Notes under the pieces: generated by a model
What the model was told of the DNA's origin: nothing
Databases searched by the model: none
The model's input: only the letters and a program-made list of their open reading frames with translations
Shown here: positions 10,210-21,041 of the stretch, piece after piece
Layout: each line of letters opens with the position of its first letter
Numbering within the stretch: position 1 is the stretch's first letter
NCBI RefSeq assembly: GCF_900105015.1
Contig: NZ_FNLK01000011.1
Location: forward strand, 1-23,287
Direction: 5' to 3'
DNA length: 23,287 nucleotides
From: Schaalia meyeri
Lineage (GTDB): Bacteria > Actinomycetota > Actinomycetes > Actinomycetales > Actinomycetaceae
Translations under genes and position numbers: made by a program

Positions 10210-11847
10210 CTAGGCCTTCTCGCTCGTGCGACTGCGGGAGATCTCTTCGCGGGTGTGCTCCGCCACGACCTCGCTCTCCTCGGTGTCCAGCACGCCACGA
10301 CCGGCGCTGAGCCACTGGCTGTGGAACTCCTCGACGGCCCTCGTGAGGGCCTCCTCGGTCTCTGATTCCAGATCGCCGGTCGAGGCGATCGCCTCGAGCA
10401 CCGTCGAATTGGCCCGCAGGTGATCGAGCAGTCCGCGCTCAAAACGACGCACGTCGCTCACCTCGATATCGTCGAGGTAGCCGTGCGTGCCCATCCAGAT
10501 GGACGCAACCTGGTCCTCCATGGCGTACGGCGTCGACTGCGGCTGCTTGAGCAGCTCCATCAGGCGCTCGCCGCGGGTGAGCTGGCGGCGGGTCGCCGCG
10601 TCCAGGTCGGAGGCGAACATCGCGAAGGCGGCCATCGAACGGTACTGCGCGAGCGTCAGCTTGAGGGTGCCGGCGACCTTCTTCATGGCCTTGGGCTGCG
10701 CGGCGCCACCGACGCGAGAAACGGAGATGCCGACGTCGACAGCGGGACGCTGGTTCGCGTTGAACAGGTCGGACTGCAGGAAAATCTGGCCGTCGGTAAT
10801 AGAGATGACGTTGGTCGGGATGTAGGCCGACACGTCGTTCGCCTTCGTCTCGATAATGGGCAGGCCCGTCATCGAGCCTGCGCCGAGCGCGTCCGACAGC
10901 TTCGCGCAGCGCTCAAGCAGGCGGGAGTGCAGGTAAAAGACATCACCCGGGTACGCCTCGCGCCCCGGCGGGCGGCGCAGCAGCAGCGAGACCGCGCGGT
11001 AGGCCTCGGCCTGCTTGGACAGGTCATCGAAGACGATGAGGACGTGCTTGCCCTGGTACATCCAGTGCTGGCCGATGGCGGACCCCGTGTAGGGCGCCAT
11101 GTACTTGTAACCGGCGGGATCGGAGGCCGGGGAGGCGACGATGGTCGTGTACTCCATGGCTCCCGCGTCTTCAAGCGTCGAGCGAACGGACGCGATGGTC
11201 GACCCCTTCTGACCGATCGCCACGTAGATGCAGCGCACCTGCTTGTCCGGGTCGCCACTCTTCCAGTTCTCACGCTGGTTGAGGATCGTGTCGAGCGCGA
11301 TCGCGGTCTTGCCGGTCTTGCGGTCGCCGATGATGAGCTGGCGTTGTCCGCGACCGATGGGGATCATCGAATCGATGGCCTTCAGGCCGGTCGCGAGCGG
11401 CTCGTGGACGCTCTTGCGCATCATGACGCCGGGGGCCTGCAGCTCGAGGGCGCGGCGCCCGTCAAGGTCCGTGATGTCGCCGAGGCCGTCGATGGGACGC
11501 CCCAGGGGGTCAACCGTGCGGCCCAGGTAGCCATCGCCGACCGGCACAGAGAGTACCTCGCCTGTGCGGTGGACGACCTGCCCCTCTTCGATACCGCCGA
11601 AGTCACCGAGGACGACGGCGCCGATCTCTCGCTGGTCGAGGTTCATAGCCAGGCCCAGCGTCCCGTCTTCGAAACGCAGCAGCTCATTCGCCATAGTGCC
11701 GGGCAGACCCTCGACGTGCGCGATACCATCGGCCGTTTCGATGACGTGGCCCACCTCTTCGGTAGCCACGTCCGCCGGACGGTAGGACTCCATGAAGGAG
11801 TCCAGTGCTCCGCGGATTTCCTCCGGGGAGATGCTGAGGTCAGCCAT
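10210..11847 (-). CDS. atpA: F1 ATP synthase subunit alpha, with a C-terminal extension
   Basis: True start is [13 protein letters not shown] at the ATG 11845..11847 (codon 35 of the ORF), with an AGGAA RBS. Walker A GDRKTGKT. 545 aa, with about 33 residues beyond the ...EEFHSQW position where E. coli-type alpha subunits end. Confidence 0.97.
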   Translation of the reverse strand: MADLSISPEEIRGALDSFMESYRPADVATEEVGHVIETADGIAHVEGLPGTMANELLRFEDGTLGLAMNLDQREIGAVVLGDFGGIEEGQVVHRTGEVLSVPVGDGYLGRTVDPLGRPIDGLGDITDLDGRRALELQAPGVMMRKSVHEPLATGLKAIDSMIPIGRGQRQLIIGDRKTGKTAIALDTILNQRENWKSGDPDKQVRCIYVAIGQKGSTIASVRSTLEDAGAMEYTTIVASPASDPAGYKYMAPYTGSAIGQHWMYQGKHVLIVFDDLSKQAEAYRAVSLLLRRPPGREAYPGDVFYLHSRLLERCAKLSDALGAGSMTGLPIIETKANDVSAYIPTNVISITDGQIFLQSDLFNANQRPAVDVGISVSRVGGAAQPKAMKKVAGTLKLTLAQYRSMAAFAMFASDLDAATRRQLTRGERLMELLKQPQSTPYAMEDQVASIWMGTHGYLDDIEVSDVRRFERGLLDHLRANSTVLEAIASTGDLESETEEALTRAVEEFHSQWLSAGRGVLDTEESEVVAEHTREEISRSRTSEKA

Positions 11848-11896
11848 GAGGATTCCTAACTGATTGATAGGTGACAGTGTGTGAGGACGAGGGACA

Positions 11897-12711
11897 CTAG
11901 CTTGCGATCGCTTCCCTTGCGGTACCGAGCCTGGTCGCCAGGGACGCATCGATCGCGCTCATTCCAGCGCGCAGCCGAAAGCCTCCGATGAGATCCGGAT
12001 TGATCGAGATCGCCAGGTCAACGGTCACGCCGTAGCGCTTTTCGAGGATCGCTCGCAGACGCGACACCTGGGCGTCGCTCATCGGATGGGCCGTGGCCAC
12101 CGTGACGAACAGGCGATCCTGCATGGTGGCCGCCCACTGCGCGTAGCGACGCAGGTTGTGCAGGAGGCGACCGTGGTTGGAACGGCCCACCGCGCGACGC
12201 AGCAGGCGCATAGTCCACGCGCTGACACGCTGCGCGAAGAGCTGGGAGGCCAGGTCGCCGCGCTCGTGGGCGTCTCCCGTGGCGGTATCGGACAGTCGCA
12301 CCCGCACCTCGCGGTGGTGAGCCAGGAAGTAGCGCACCTGGAAAAGCTCCTCGCGAACCTGGTCAAGCGCACCGCGCGCACCCGCCGCATTGAGAACCGC
12401 CAGGATCCCCAGGACCTCCAGCGCGTCGTTGATGTCGTGGGGCCGCCGCCAGTGGTCCGCCACGACGGCGCGGACGACGCTCAGCGACGCGGACGTCACG
12501 TGGGAGGCGAAGGCGCGCTCCGCGAGTCCCTGCTTGTCGGCGACCGAACGCGCCGGGTCTGTCAGCGCACGCGCGAGACGAGTGTTTTCCTTGAACAGGT
12601 CGGCCAGGCCAAAAAAATCCTCGGCGACCCGCATCGCGTCGGTGCCCGGCACCAAAAGGGCCGTGAAGAGGTCACCCGCGAAGGGAACGGACTCGATCGT
12701 ACGCATCTGTG

Positions 12712-12715
<4 letters not shown>
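11897..12715 (-). CDS. atpH: F1 ATP synthase subunit delta (long actinobacterial form, 272 aa)
   Basis: Sits between atpF and atpA. OSCP-like C-terminal part ([26 protein letters not shown] ... [11 protein letters not shown]). The ATG overlaps the atpF stop (ATGA at 12712..12715). Confidence 0.9.
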
Positions 12716-14419
<1,704 letters not shown>

Positions 14420-14460
14420 CAGAACTCCATGGACAATTGTGCAGCGCGTATAACTCAGCC

Positions 14461-14466
14461 ATTCTA
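14461..14466 (-). promoter_or_regulatory. Candidate -10 box (TAGAAT) upstream of atpB
   Basis: The AT-rich patch gcatatctgtaTAGAATggctgagttatac lies in the 79-nt spacer before atpB. There is no convincing -35 element. This is pattern evidence only. Confidence 0.3.
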
Positions 14467-14498
14467 TACAGATATGCGACACGGAGCATGCGCAGGTG

Positions 14499-14789
14499 TT
14501 ACTCGGCGTCCCACGGCGGATCGTCTGCGGGGTGCCTGCGCGCCATGACCACCATTTCGACGCTTGAGGAAACGATGATGGCGGCAACCGTCGCGATTGC
14601 GGCGACGTGTACGTCTACGCCGAACGCGCTCGGCAGGTAGAGTCCCAGCGCGAGCAGGGCGATCTTCGCGGCGTATCCGCCGCTCACCCACCCGATGAAA
14701 CGAGCGGGAGAACGCAGCGCGCGGGAGGTAAAAAACCACTGCGCCGCGCAGATGACGACGACCATGGCGACGGCGAGCACGTAGGTCAT
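14499..14789 (-). CDS. Small hydrophobic AtpI-like membrane protein (96 aa)
   Basis: MTYVLAVAMVVVICAAQWFF ... GYAAKIALLALGLYLPSAF ... AAIATVAAIIVSSSVEMVVM gives 3 predicted TM segments. It sits immediately upstream of atpB (Rv1303-like position). The ATG 14787..14789 overlaps the wecA-like stop (ATGA). The 258-aa ORF in the track is an Arg-rich 5' over-extension. Confidence 0.7.
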   Translation of the reverse strand: MTYVLAVAMVVVICAAQWFFTSRALRSPARFIGWVSGGYAAKIALLALGLYLPSAFGVDVHVAAIATVAAIIVSSSVEMVVMARRHPADDPPWDAE

Positions 14790-15892
14790 GTCAGTGTCTC
14801 CTCCGCGAGGGCTTCTTCCTTGGGAAATTCTCGGGTAGTGATGGCGACGCCGACGGCCGACGTGCTGATCGCGACCAGCGCGACGAGCCACCAGTCGTAG
14901 ACGAGCAGACCGACGGCGGAAACGCAGACGATGGCGGTCCACATCCACAGGATGGAGACAACCCCCCGGTGGGAGTGTCCGGCAACCAGGAGCCGGTCGT
15001 GAAAGTGGGAGCGGTCGGCGACGAAGGGGCTCTTGCCTCGCTTCATGCGCCGAATCGAGGTGACGACCAGATCGGCGACCGGCATGAAGATCACCGACAT
15101 CGGGAGGATGAGCGGCAGCGCGGAGACGATCATCTGCTGGCGACCGAGCAGCGAGGGATCTATCTTCCCTGTGACGATGATGCCGGCGGCGGCCAGGACC
15201 AGTCCCATGGTTTCCGCTCCCCCGCCCATCATGATCGAGGAGGGGTGGAAGTTGAACCAGAGGAAGCCCGCGCACACGCCGAGGAGGGCAATGACGATGA
15301 GGCTCGCCGTCGTCGCATAGGACGCGGCACCCATGAGGCGGGTGATGATGTAGGAGTAGACGAAGAACGATCCGGCGCCGATGGCGATCATGCCGGAGGC
15401 CAGTCCGTCGAGTCCGTCAATGAAATTGACGGCGTTCATGATGCCGACGATAAAGAACACCGAGACGAAGAGCCAGAGCCTGGACGATCCCAGCGTGAGG
15501 CCAAAGATCGGGAAGGACGCGAGCTGTACTCCTCCGAATGCCATTCCGCCCGCAATCAGGACTTGGCCGCCAAGTTTGGCCATCCAGTCGAGTTCGATGA
15601 TGTCGTCAACGATGCCCAGGACACACATGGCGGCGGCGCCGAGCATGACGGCCCAGGGAATGGTCGTGGCAAACAGGGGGGCCATGTAGGGGATACGGGA
15701 AGCGAGCAGCATGGTGATGATCAGCGCGATCGTCATGGCCACGCCGCCGAGGCGGGGAATCGGGGTCTTTTGCAGGTCGCGTCCGCGCAGCGGTGGAAGG
15801 ATGTTGAAGCGCGTGCAGGTCCAGCGCACGGCGGGGGTCAGCAGAATCGTCAACGCCATGGCGACGGCTGCCAACAGCATGTAGACCATCAT
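14786..15892 (-). CDS. wecA: Undecaprenyl-phosphate GlcNAc-1-phosphate transferase (MraY/WecA polyprenyl-phosphate sugar-phosphate transferase family)
   Basis: 368-aa polytopic membrane protein with the family motifs NAVNFIDGLDGLASG and IPRLGGVA. Conserved rfe/wecA position between the tsaC-like gene and atp. The ATG overlaps the upstream stop (ATGA). Confidence 0.88.
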   Translation of the reverse strand: MMVYMLLAAVAMALTILLTPAVRWTCTRFNILPPLRGRDLQKTPIPRLGGVAMTIALIITMLLASRIPYMAPLFATTIPWAVMLGAAAMCVLGIVDDIIELDWMAKLGGQVLIAGGMAFGGVQLASFPIFGLTLGSSRLWLFVSVFFIVGIMNAVNFIDGLDGLASGMIAIGAGSFFVYSYIITRLMGAASYATTASLIVIALLGVCAGFLWFNFHPSSIMMGGGAETMGLVLAAAGIIVTGKIDPSLLGRQQMIVSALPLILPMSVIFMPVADLVVTSIRRMKRGKSPFVADRSHFHDRLLVAGHSHRGVVSILWMWTAIVCVSAVGLLVYDWWLVALVAISTSAVGVAITTREFPKEEALAEETLT

Positions 15893-16557
15893 GGGCGCTG
15901 CACCTCCGCGGGGTGGATGTCGACGCCCGCTGCCTCGCTCAGTGCCGCCGGAGCGATGGCGCCCGGGCGGATAATCCGGGGCCTCTCGTGGGCGAGGTCC
16001 ACGATGGACGAGGCCGTGGTCGCCCCGGACGGTCCGGCATCGAGGTAGGCGGCGACGCCCTGGGGAAAGTAGTTAACCGCCTGGGCTACCGTCGTGGCCG
16101 GGGGCTTCCCTGTCGGGTTGGCGGAGGTGACGGCCATGGGTCCGGCTTCGGATAGGAGCCGGAGCAGCGCGCCCTGGTCGGGCATGCGCAGTGCGATCGT
16201 TCCTGCCGTGTCGCCGAGATCCCACCCAAGGTCGGGCCGCGCGCGCAGGATCAGGGTGAGCCCACCCGGCCAAAAGGCGCGGGCGAGCGCGCGTGCGGCG
16301 TCCGGGACATCGACGCACAGGGAATCGATCGCGGCCGCCGAAGCGACCAGCACGGGCGGGGGCATCTGGCGTCCGCGCCCTTTCGCCGCCAGGAGGGCCG
16401 CCACCGCCGCGCGGTTCGCGGCATCGCATCCGATCCCGTACACGGTATCCGTGGGGACCACGAGGATGCGGCCGTCTCGCAGCGCCCGTTTAGCGCGTGC
16501 CAGATCGTCCTTCGCCAGAGACGGGGTGACGCTCAGGATCGTCTCAGTACTCATCAC
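15889..16557 (-). CDS. tsaC: L-threonylcarbamoyladenylate synthase (YrdC/YwlC/Sua5 family, t6A biosynthesis)
   Basis: ALRDGRILVVPTDTVYGIGCDA, PPPVLV, LTLILR and TSANPTGKPPATT are YrdC-domain signatures. 222 aa from the GTG at 16557; the ATG at 16554 is equally possible. Confidence 0.9.
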   Translation of the reverse strand: MMSTETILSVTPSLAKDDLARAKRALRDGRILVVPTDTVYGIGCDAANRAAVAALLAAKGRGRQMPPPVLVASAAAIDSLCVDVPDAARALARAFWPGGLTLILRARPDLGWDLGDTAGTIALRMPDQGALLRLLSEAGPMAVTSANPTGKPPATTVAQAVNYFPQGVAAYLDAGPSGATTASSIVDLAHERPRIIRPGAIAPAALSEAAGVDIHPAEVQRP

Positions 16558-16560
16558 GCC

Positions 16561-17472
16561 TCATTGTGGCATGGAACCGGTGTGCTCCGTCGAGCGTGGG
16601 GCTTTGGCCCGCAGGAAACGCGGGCGATCCGTCAGGTCGACCAGAGTGACGGCGTCGATCATGCCCATCGTGGTGGCGTGCTCGCGCATCAGGCGCGCCT
16701 GGCTGGGCGAGTGTTCCATCAACAGCACGCCTCCGGGGCGCAGCAGCGCCAGCGCCCGGCGCGCGATTCGCTCCGGGATGTCGGTGCCGTCGGCGCTGCC
16801 CCCGTAGAGGGCGCCGACGGGGTCGGCGGCGGCCTCGGGCTGCGTGGGCATCTCGTCGGCGGGCACGTAGGGCGGGTTGGTGACGACCACATCGACCGTG
16901 CCATCTAGGCGCGCGAGCGTTGCGGGATCGGTTGCGTCCGCCCGTTCCAGGTGGAGTCGAGGCACCCCGACCAGTTCGCGGTTCTGTGATGCCAGGGCGC
17001 AGGCTTTCGCTTCCCTCTCGACGGCCCACACGTCGGCCGTGGGCGCCTCCGTCGCAACCGACAGGGCGATCGCGCCGGATCCGGCGCACAGGTCGACGAC
17101 GCGCGCCCGACCGCGTGCGCGCAGAGCAGCCACGGCCTCGTCTATCGCGAAGCCGGCCAGTATCTCGGTTTCGGGGCGCACGACAAAGACCCCCGGCCCA
17201 GCGCAAAGTGTCAGCGAGCGGAAGTACATTCGCCCTGTCACGTGTTGGAGCGGGATGCGCGCCTCCCTCTGCCCCGTCCCCCGTCGCAGGCGCGCACTTT
17301 GTTCGGGGGTGAGGCTGAGCGGGAGCTGCCATTGCGAGCAGGCCCCGCACGCCCATTCGAGCAGCGCGCGCGCGTCGGCTTCCGGCGAGGAGACCCCGGC
17401 TTCGGTCAGGCGATCGCGCACCCAGGCATAGGCGTCGTGTCGCGCCCACCCGGCCTCCACGTCACCGCTCAC
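16561..17472 (-). CDS. prmC: Peptide chain release factor N5-glutamine methyltransferase
   Basis: SAM motif [13 protein letters not shown] and catalytic VVTNPPYVP. Lies directly after prfA, with a GTGA overlap at 17469..17472. Confidence 0.93.
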   Translation of the reverse strand: MSGDVEAGWARHDAYAWVRDRLTEAGVSSPEADARALLEWACGACSQWQLPLSLTPEQSARLRRGTGQREARIPLQHVTGRMYFRSLTLCAGPGVFVVRPETEILAGFAIDEAVAALRARGRARVVDLCAGSGAIALSVATEAPTADVWAVEREAKACALASQNRELVGVPRLHLERADATDPATLARLDGTVDVVVTNPPYVPADEMPTQPEAAADPVGALYGGSADGTDIPERIARRALALLRPGGVLLMEHSPSQARLMREHATTMGMIDAVTLVDLTDRPRFLRAKAPRSTEHTGSMPQ

Positions 17473-18563
17473 GAACGCGCGGCGGCCGCCAGGCGTTCCG
17501 CCTCGTCGGCTTCCTGCAGCGACGCGATCACGGGGTCCAGCGCGCCCGACAGGACCGCGTCGAGGTTGTGAGCCTTGAAGCCGGTGCGGTGATCGGCGAT
17601 TCGGTTCTCGGGGAAATTGTAGGTGCGAATGCGCTCGGAACGATCCACGGTACGCACCTGGGACAGGCGTTGTGCCGAGGCCTCCGCTTCCCTTTTCGCC
17701 CGCGCATCGGCGGCCAGGCGCGAGGCCAACACGCGCAGAGCGGCCTCCTTGTTTTGCAACTGCGACTTCTCGTTCTGCATCGACACGACGATGCCGGACG
17801 GAAGGTGCGTGATACGCACGGCTGAGTCCGTCGTGTTCACCGACTGTCCACCGGGCCCCGACGAACGATAGACGTCGATACGCAGGTCATTCGGGTCGAT
17901 GACAATCTCGTCATCGTCTTCAATTTCCGGCATCACAAAGACCCCGACCGCGCTCGTGTGAATGCGCCCCTGGGACTCGGTGACCGGGACACGTTGGACG
18001 CGGTGAACTCCGCCCTCGTACTTCAGGTGCGCCCACACCCCTTCGTCGGGTGCGGGGGTCCCCTTGGTTCGGATTGCAAGGGTGATGTCCTTGAAGCCGC
18101 CCAGCTCCGTGGGGGTCGAGCTCATCTCGGTGACGCTCCAGCCGTGCGCCTCCGCGTACCGTCCGTACATGCGCGCCAGGTCCGAGGCAAAAAGCGCTGA
18201 CTCCTCGCCGCCTTCACCGGCCTTGATCTCCACGATGGCGTCCATCGCGTCCTCCGGGTCCCGTGGCGCGAGGATCTTCACCAGCGCCTCGTGCGCCGCG
18301 GATTCTTCCTCCTCGAGCGACGGAATCTCGTCGGCGAACGAATGGTCCTCTGCGGCCAGCTCTCGCGCGGCTTCCAGGTCTCCCGCCGCCGCGCTCAGCC
18401 GATCGGCGGCCGCCTTCACGCGCCCGAGCTCCGCGTAACGCCGACCCACGCGACGCATCAGACGCGGATCGGCCAGCGTCTTTGGCTCCGCCATCTGCGA
18501 CTCCACCCGCGCGTATTCCTCCAGCAGCGGCTCCAGAGCGCTGAGCTCATCCGTCGCGGCCAC
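17469..18563 (-). CDS. prfA: Peptide chain release factor 1
   Basis: 364 aa. GGQ motif ([24 protein letters not shown]) and the RF1-type [12 protein letters not shown] region. GTG start at 18561..18563, with GAGG 6 nt upstream. Confidence 0.96.
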   Translation of the reverse strand: MAATDELSALEPLLEEYARVESQMAEPKTLADPRLMRRVGRRYAELGRVKAAADRLSAAAGDLEAARELAAEDHSFADEIPSLEEEESAAHEALVKILAPRDPEDAMDAIVEIKAGEGGEESALFASDLARMYGRYAEAHGWSVTEMSSTPTELGGFKDITLAIRTKGTPAPDEGVWAHLKYEGGVHRVQRVPVTESQGRIHTSAVGVFVMPEIEDDDEIVIDPNDLRIDVYRSSGPGGQSVNTTDSAVRITHLPSGIVVSMQNEKSQLQNKEAALRVLASRLAADARAKREAEASAQRLSQVRTVDRSERIRTYNFPENRIADHRTGFKAHNLDAVLSGALDPVIASLQEADEAERLAAAARS

Positions 18564-18590
18564 GTTTCACCTCGTCCCTTCATAGCAGTG

Positions 18591-18636
18591 AAAAAAGCGG
18601 CGGCGTCGCCAGCCGTCAGGCCGCCGACACCGCCGC
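18591..18636 (-). terminator. Intrinsic terminator after rpmE
   Basis: On the minus strand, GCGGCGGTGTC ... GACGCCGCCGC forms an 11-bp stem (one G-U pair), immediately followed by TTTTTT (plus-strand A-run 18591..18596). It starts 19 nt after the rpmE stop. Confidence 0.8.
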
Positions 18637-18654
18637 GGAGCTAGCCGTTGGCCC

Positions 18655-18876
18655 TCACTTGGAGGGGCGCACGCGCTTACCGTAGCGAGCCTCGAACTTG
18701 GCGACGCGGCCGCCGGTGTCGAGAATCTTCTGCTTGCCCGTGTAGAACGGGTGGCAGGCCGAGCACACGTCCACGCGCATCTCACCGGAGGTGATGGTGG
18801 AACGGGTGCGGAACGTATTGCCGCACGTGCAGGACACGACGGTGTCCACGTATTCGGGGTGAATACCCTGCTTCAT
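18655..18876 (-). CDS. rpmE: 50S ribosomal protein L31, zinc-binding (type A) form
   Basis: MKQGIHPEY, with CTC at residues 16-18 and CSAC followed by HPFYTGKQ. 73 aa. AGGAG RBS. Confidence 0.97.
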   Translation of the reverse strand: MKQGIHPEYVDTVVSCTCGNTFRTRSTITSGEMRVDVCSACHPFYTGKQKILDTGGRVAKFEARYGKRVRPSK

Positions 18877-19004
18877 GGAATTCTCCTGGATCGTTTGATG
18901 CCCCGGGTCCGGACACGCAGCGTCCCCCGCATCTGGCGGAGGCTCGCCCTCCAGTGCGCGAGCAGCGCCTGGGGCATGCCGGTGAACCGGTAAGCCGACA
19001 CGAC

Positions 19005-19013
19005 ATTATGCCA
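19005..19013 (-). promoter_or_regulatory. Candidate extended -10 promoter (TGgCATAAT) for rpmE
   Basis: The minus strand reads gtgTGgCATAATgtcg about 130 nt upstream of the rpmE ATG. No good -35 element. It implies a leader of about 120 nt. Confidence 0.4.
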
Positions 19014-19090
19014 CACGCGCCCACCGTATTCTCACGATAGCAACCTTCCCCAAGCGTGACATCGGCTATGCGAGGTCGCCGTTCAACATT

Positions 19091-19138
19091 AAAACGACGA
19101 GGCGGGGGCGAACGGCAGTTGCGCCGCTTGCCCCCGCC
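19091..19138 (-). terminator. Intrinsic terminator after rho
   Basis: On the minus strand, GGCGGGGGCAAGCGGC-GCAACT-GCCGTTCGCCCCCGCC forms a 16-bp stem with one mismatch, followed by tcgtcgtttta. It starts 12 nt after the rho stop (19150). Confidence 0.8.
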
Positions 19139-19149
19139 GTCCCCACGGA

Positions 19150-20823
19150 TCAGTCTGTGGGCGTCGTCTTCTGGATGAGCATGAGGAACTCCGCGTTCGA
19201 CTGCGTTTCCTTGAGCTTGTCCAGGACCAGTTCCAGGCCCTGCTGCTGATCGAGCGTGCCCAGGACGCGGCGGAGCCTCCACATAATGCGCAGCTCCTCG
19301 GGCTTAAAGAGCAACTCCTCGCGTCGGGTACCCGACGCGTTGAGGTCGATCGCGGGGAAGATCCGGCGCTCGGCGAGCTGACGCGACAAACGCAGCTCCA
19401 TGTTACCGGTGCCCTTGAACTCCTCGAAGATAACCTCGTCCATCTTCGAACCGGTCTCCACCAGCGCGGAGGCGATGATCGTCAGCGAGCCGCCCTCGGA
19501 GATGTTGCGGGCTGCCCCAAAGAACTTCTTTGGCGGGTACAGGGCGGAGGCGTCAACGCCGCCGGAGAGGATGCGCCCTGAGGCTGGCGCTGCCAGGTTG
19601 TAGGCGCGGGACAGGCGCGTCAGCGAGTCCAGCAGGACCACGACATCCTGCCCGAGCTCCACGAGGCGCTTGGCGCGCTCAATCGCCAGCTCGGCGACCG
19701 TGGTGTGGTCGGAGGCGGGGCGATCGAAGGTCGAAGCGATGACCTCGCCCTTGACGATCGAGCGCATGTCGGTGACCTCTTCGGGGCGCTCGTCCACCAG
19801 GACAACCATGAGGTGCACCTCGGGGTTGTTCAGTTCGATCGCCTTGGCCATCTGCTGGATGACCATGGTCTTGCCGGCCTTCGGCGGCGAAACGATGAGG
19901 CCTCGCTGGCCCTTACCAACGGGGGCAACCAGGTCGATCACGCGCGGCGTGTAGGCCTTCGGCGAGGTCTCCATGCGCAGCTGCTCGGAGGGATAGACGG
20001 GGGTCAGCTTGCCGAACTCACGGCGCGACTGCGCCTGCTCGATCGTCATGCCGTTCACGGAGTCGACGCGCACCAGGGCGTTGTACTTCTGGCGCTGACG
20101 CTCTCCTTCGCGAGGCAGGCGGACCGCGCCGGCAACGGCGTCACCCGCACGCAGGCCCCAGCGGCGCACGTTACCCAGGGTCACGTACACGTCGTTTGGG
20201 CCGGGCAGGTATCCGGAGGTGCGCACGAACGCGTGGTTCTCCTGGATGTCGAGGATGCCTGCGATGGGGGCCAGGTTATCCTCAGCTCCGCGAGCCGAGC
20301 GCGACTCGCGATTCTCGCGGTTGTCACGCTCGCGACGTCCACGCCGACCACGCTCGCGGCGCGGGCGACGCCCCTCGGTGTCGTCACCGTCCGGCAGCTC
20401 AATGTTCAGGACGGTCTCAACAATTTGCCCCTCGGATTCTGGGGTCGCCTCCTGCCGCTCTCCGGCGGGGAGCGGCAGGTCAAGCGTGACCTGGGCAGGC
20501 TCGACACTGCCCTGGGACGCCGCGCGGCGGCGCCGGGAACGACGGGGGGCCTCGGTGGTGGACGAGGCGGATGCGTCGGCTGAACGCGCCTGGGACACCG
20601 GCTGCGCGGCGGTTTCCTCGGCCTGGGCAGGGGCGTCCTTGCGCGGAGCGGTCTCTTGCGGGGTCGAAGCGCTGGCACCGTTGCTCAGGAGCTCAATCAA
20701 CTGAGATTTGCGGAGCTGGGAGAATCCCTTCAGTCCGCGGGACGCGGCCAGAGCCTTCAGCTCGGGCAGCTTCATCGCCGACAGCGACGTGGTCGTCATC
20801 TCGGCGGGGGTTTCGTTGCTCAC
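19150..20823 (-). CDS. rho: Transcription termination factor Rho with an actinobacterial-type N-terminal insertion
   Basis: Rho N-terminal helix-bundle [31 protein letters not shown]-binding region [18 protein letters not shown], and Walker A SPPKAGKT. The GTG at 20821..20823 has AAGGA 7 nt upstream (557 aa). An alternative ATG lies at 20799 (549 aa). Confidence 0.95.
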   Translation of the reverse strand: MSNETPAEMTTTSLSAMKLPELKALAASRGLKGFSQLRKSQLIELLSNGASASTPQETAPRKDAPAQAEETAAQPVSQARSADASASSTTEAPRRSRRRRAASQGSVEPAQVTLDLPLPAGERQEATPESEGQIVETVLNIELPDGDDTEGRRPRRERGRRGRRERDNRENRESRSARGAEDNLAPIAGILDIQENHAFVRTSGYLPGPNDVYVTLGNVRRWGLRAGDAVAGAVRLPREGERQRQKYNALVRVDSVNGMTIEQAQSRREFGKLTPVYPSEQLRMETSPKAYTPRVIDLVAPVGKGQRGLIVSPPKAGKTMVIQQMAKAIELNNPEVHLMVVLVDERPEEVTDMRSIVKGEVIASTFDRPASDHTTVAELAIERAKRLVELGQDVVVLLDSLTRLSRAYNLAAPASGRILSGGVDASALYPPKKFFGAARNISEGGSLTIIASALVETGSKMDEVIFEEFKGTGNMELRLSRQLAERRIFPAIDLNASGTRREELLFKPEELRIMWRLRRVLGTLDQQQGLELVLDKLKETQSNAEFLMLIQKTTPTD

Positions 20824-20958
20824 GAAGTGATCCTTACTGGAATGGGCCCACAGCGGGCGAGGTGATTGTTCAAGCACAAGAAAAAGCTTGAAGGAAAGAG
20901 GTGCGAGGAAGGCGCACCGCAACGGTCGGAATCGAGCAGTCGACACGGACCTGAAAAA

Positions 20959-20988
20959 AATATAGCAAAACCGCCACCCCCCTGTCGA
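20959..20988 (-). promoter_or_regulatory. Candidate sigma-A-type promoter for rho (TCGACA - 18 nt - TATATT)
   Basis: The minus strand reads TCGACAggggggtggcggttttgcTATATTtttttcAg, 54 nt downstream of the thrB stop. It is the most AT-rich patch of the spacer. The predicted TSS is near 20952, giving a leader of about 129 nt. Confidence 0.55.
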
Positions 20989-21041
20989 TTAGACGGCGCG
21001 GCTGGCGATCGTTGCGCACAAACTCACAGAGCGCGTGGGCG

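Noticed and set aside
10420-11859. 479-aa ORF on the plus strand
   Set aside because: This is an antisense shadow of atpA, with the same Arg/Gly/His/Asp-rich nonsense composition and no start-site signals.
14969-16048. 359-aa plus-strand ORF. Similar plus-strand ORFs occur at 3869..4813, 5512..6435, 12086..12898 and 19705..20583.
   Set aside because: All are antisense to well-supported minus-strand genes (wecA/tsaC, nagA, the glycosylase, atpH/atpF, rho) and are compositionally non-protein-like (poly-R/G/D/H).
16544-17449. 301-aa minus-strand ORF overlapping prmC in another frame
   Set aside because: It is extremely Arg/Gly/Pro-rich. The prmC frame carries the SAM-binding and NPPY motifs, so this is an off-frame artefact.
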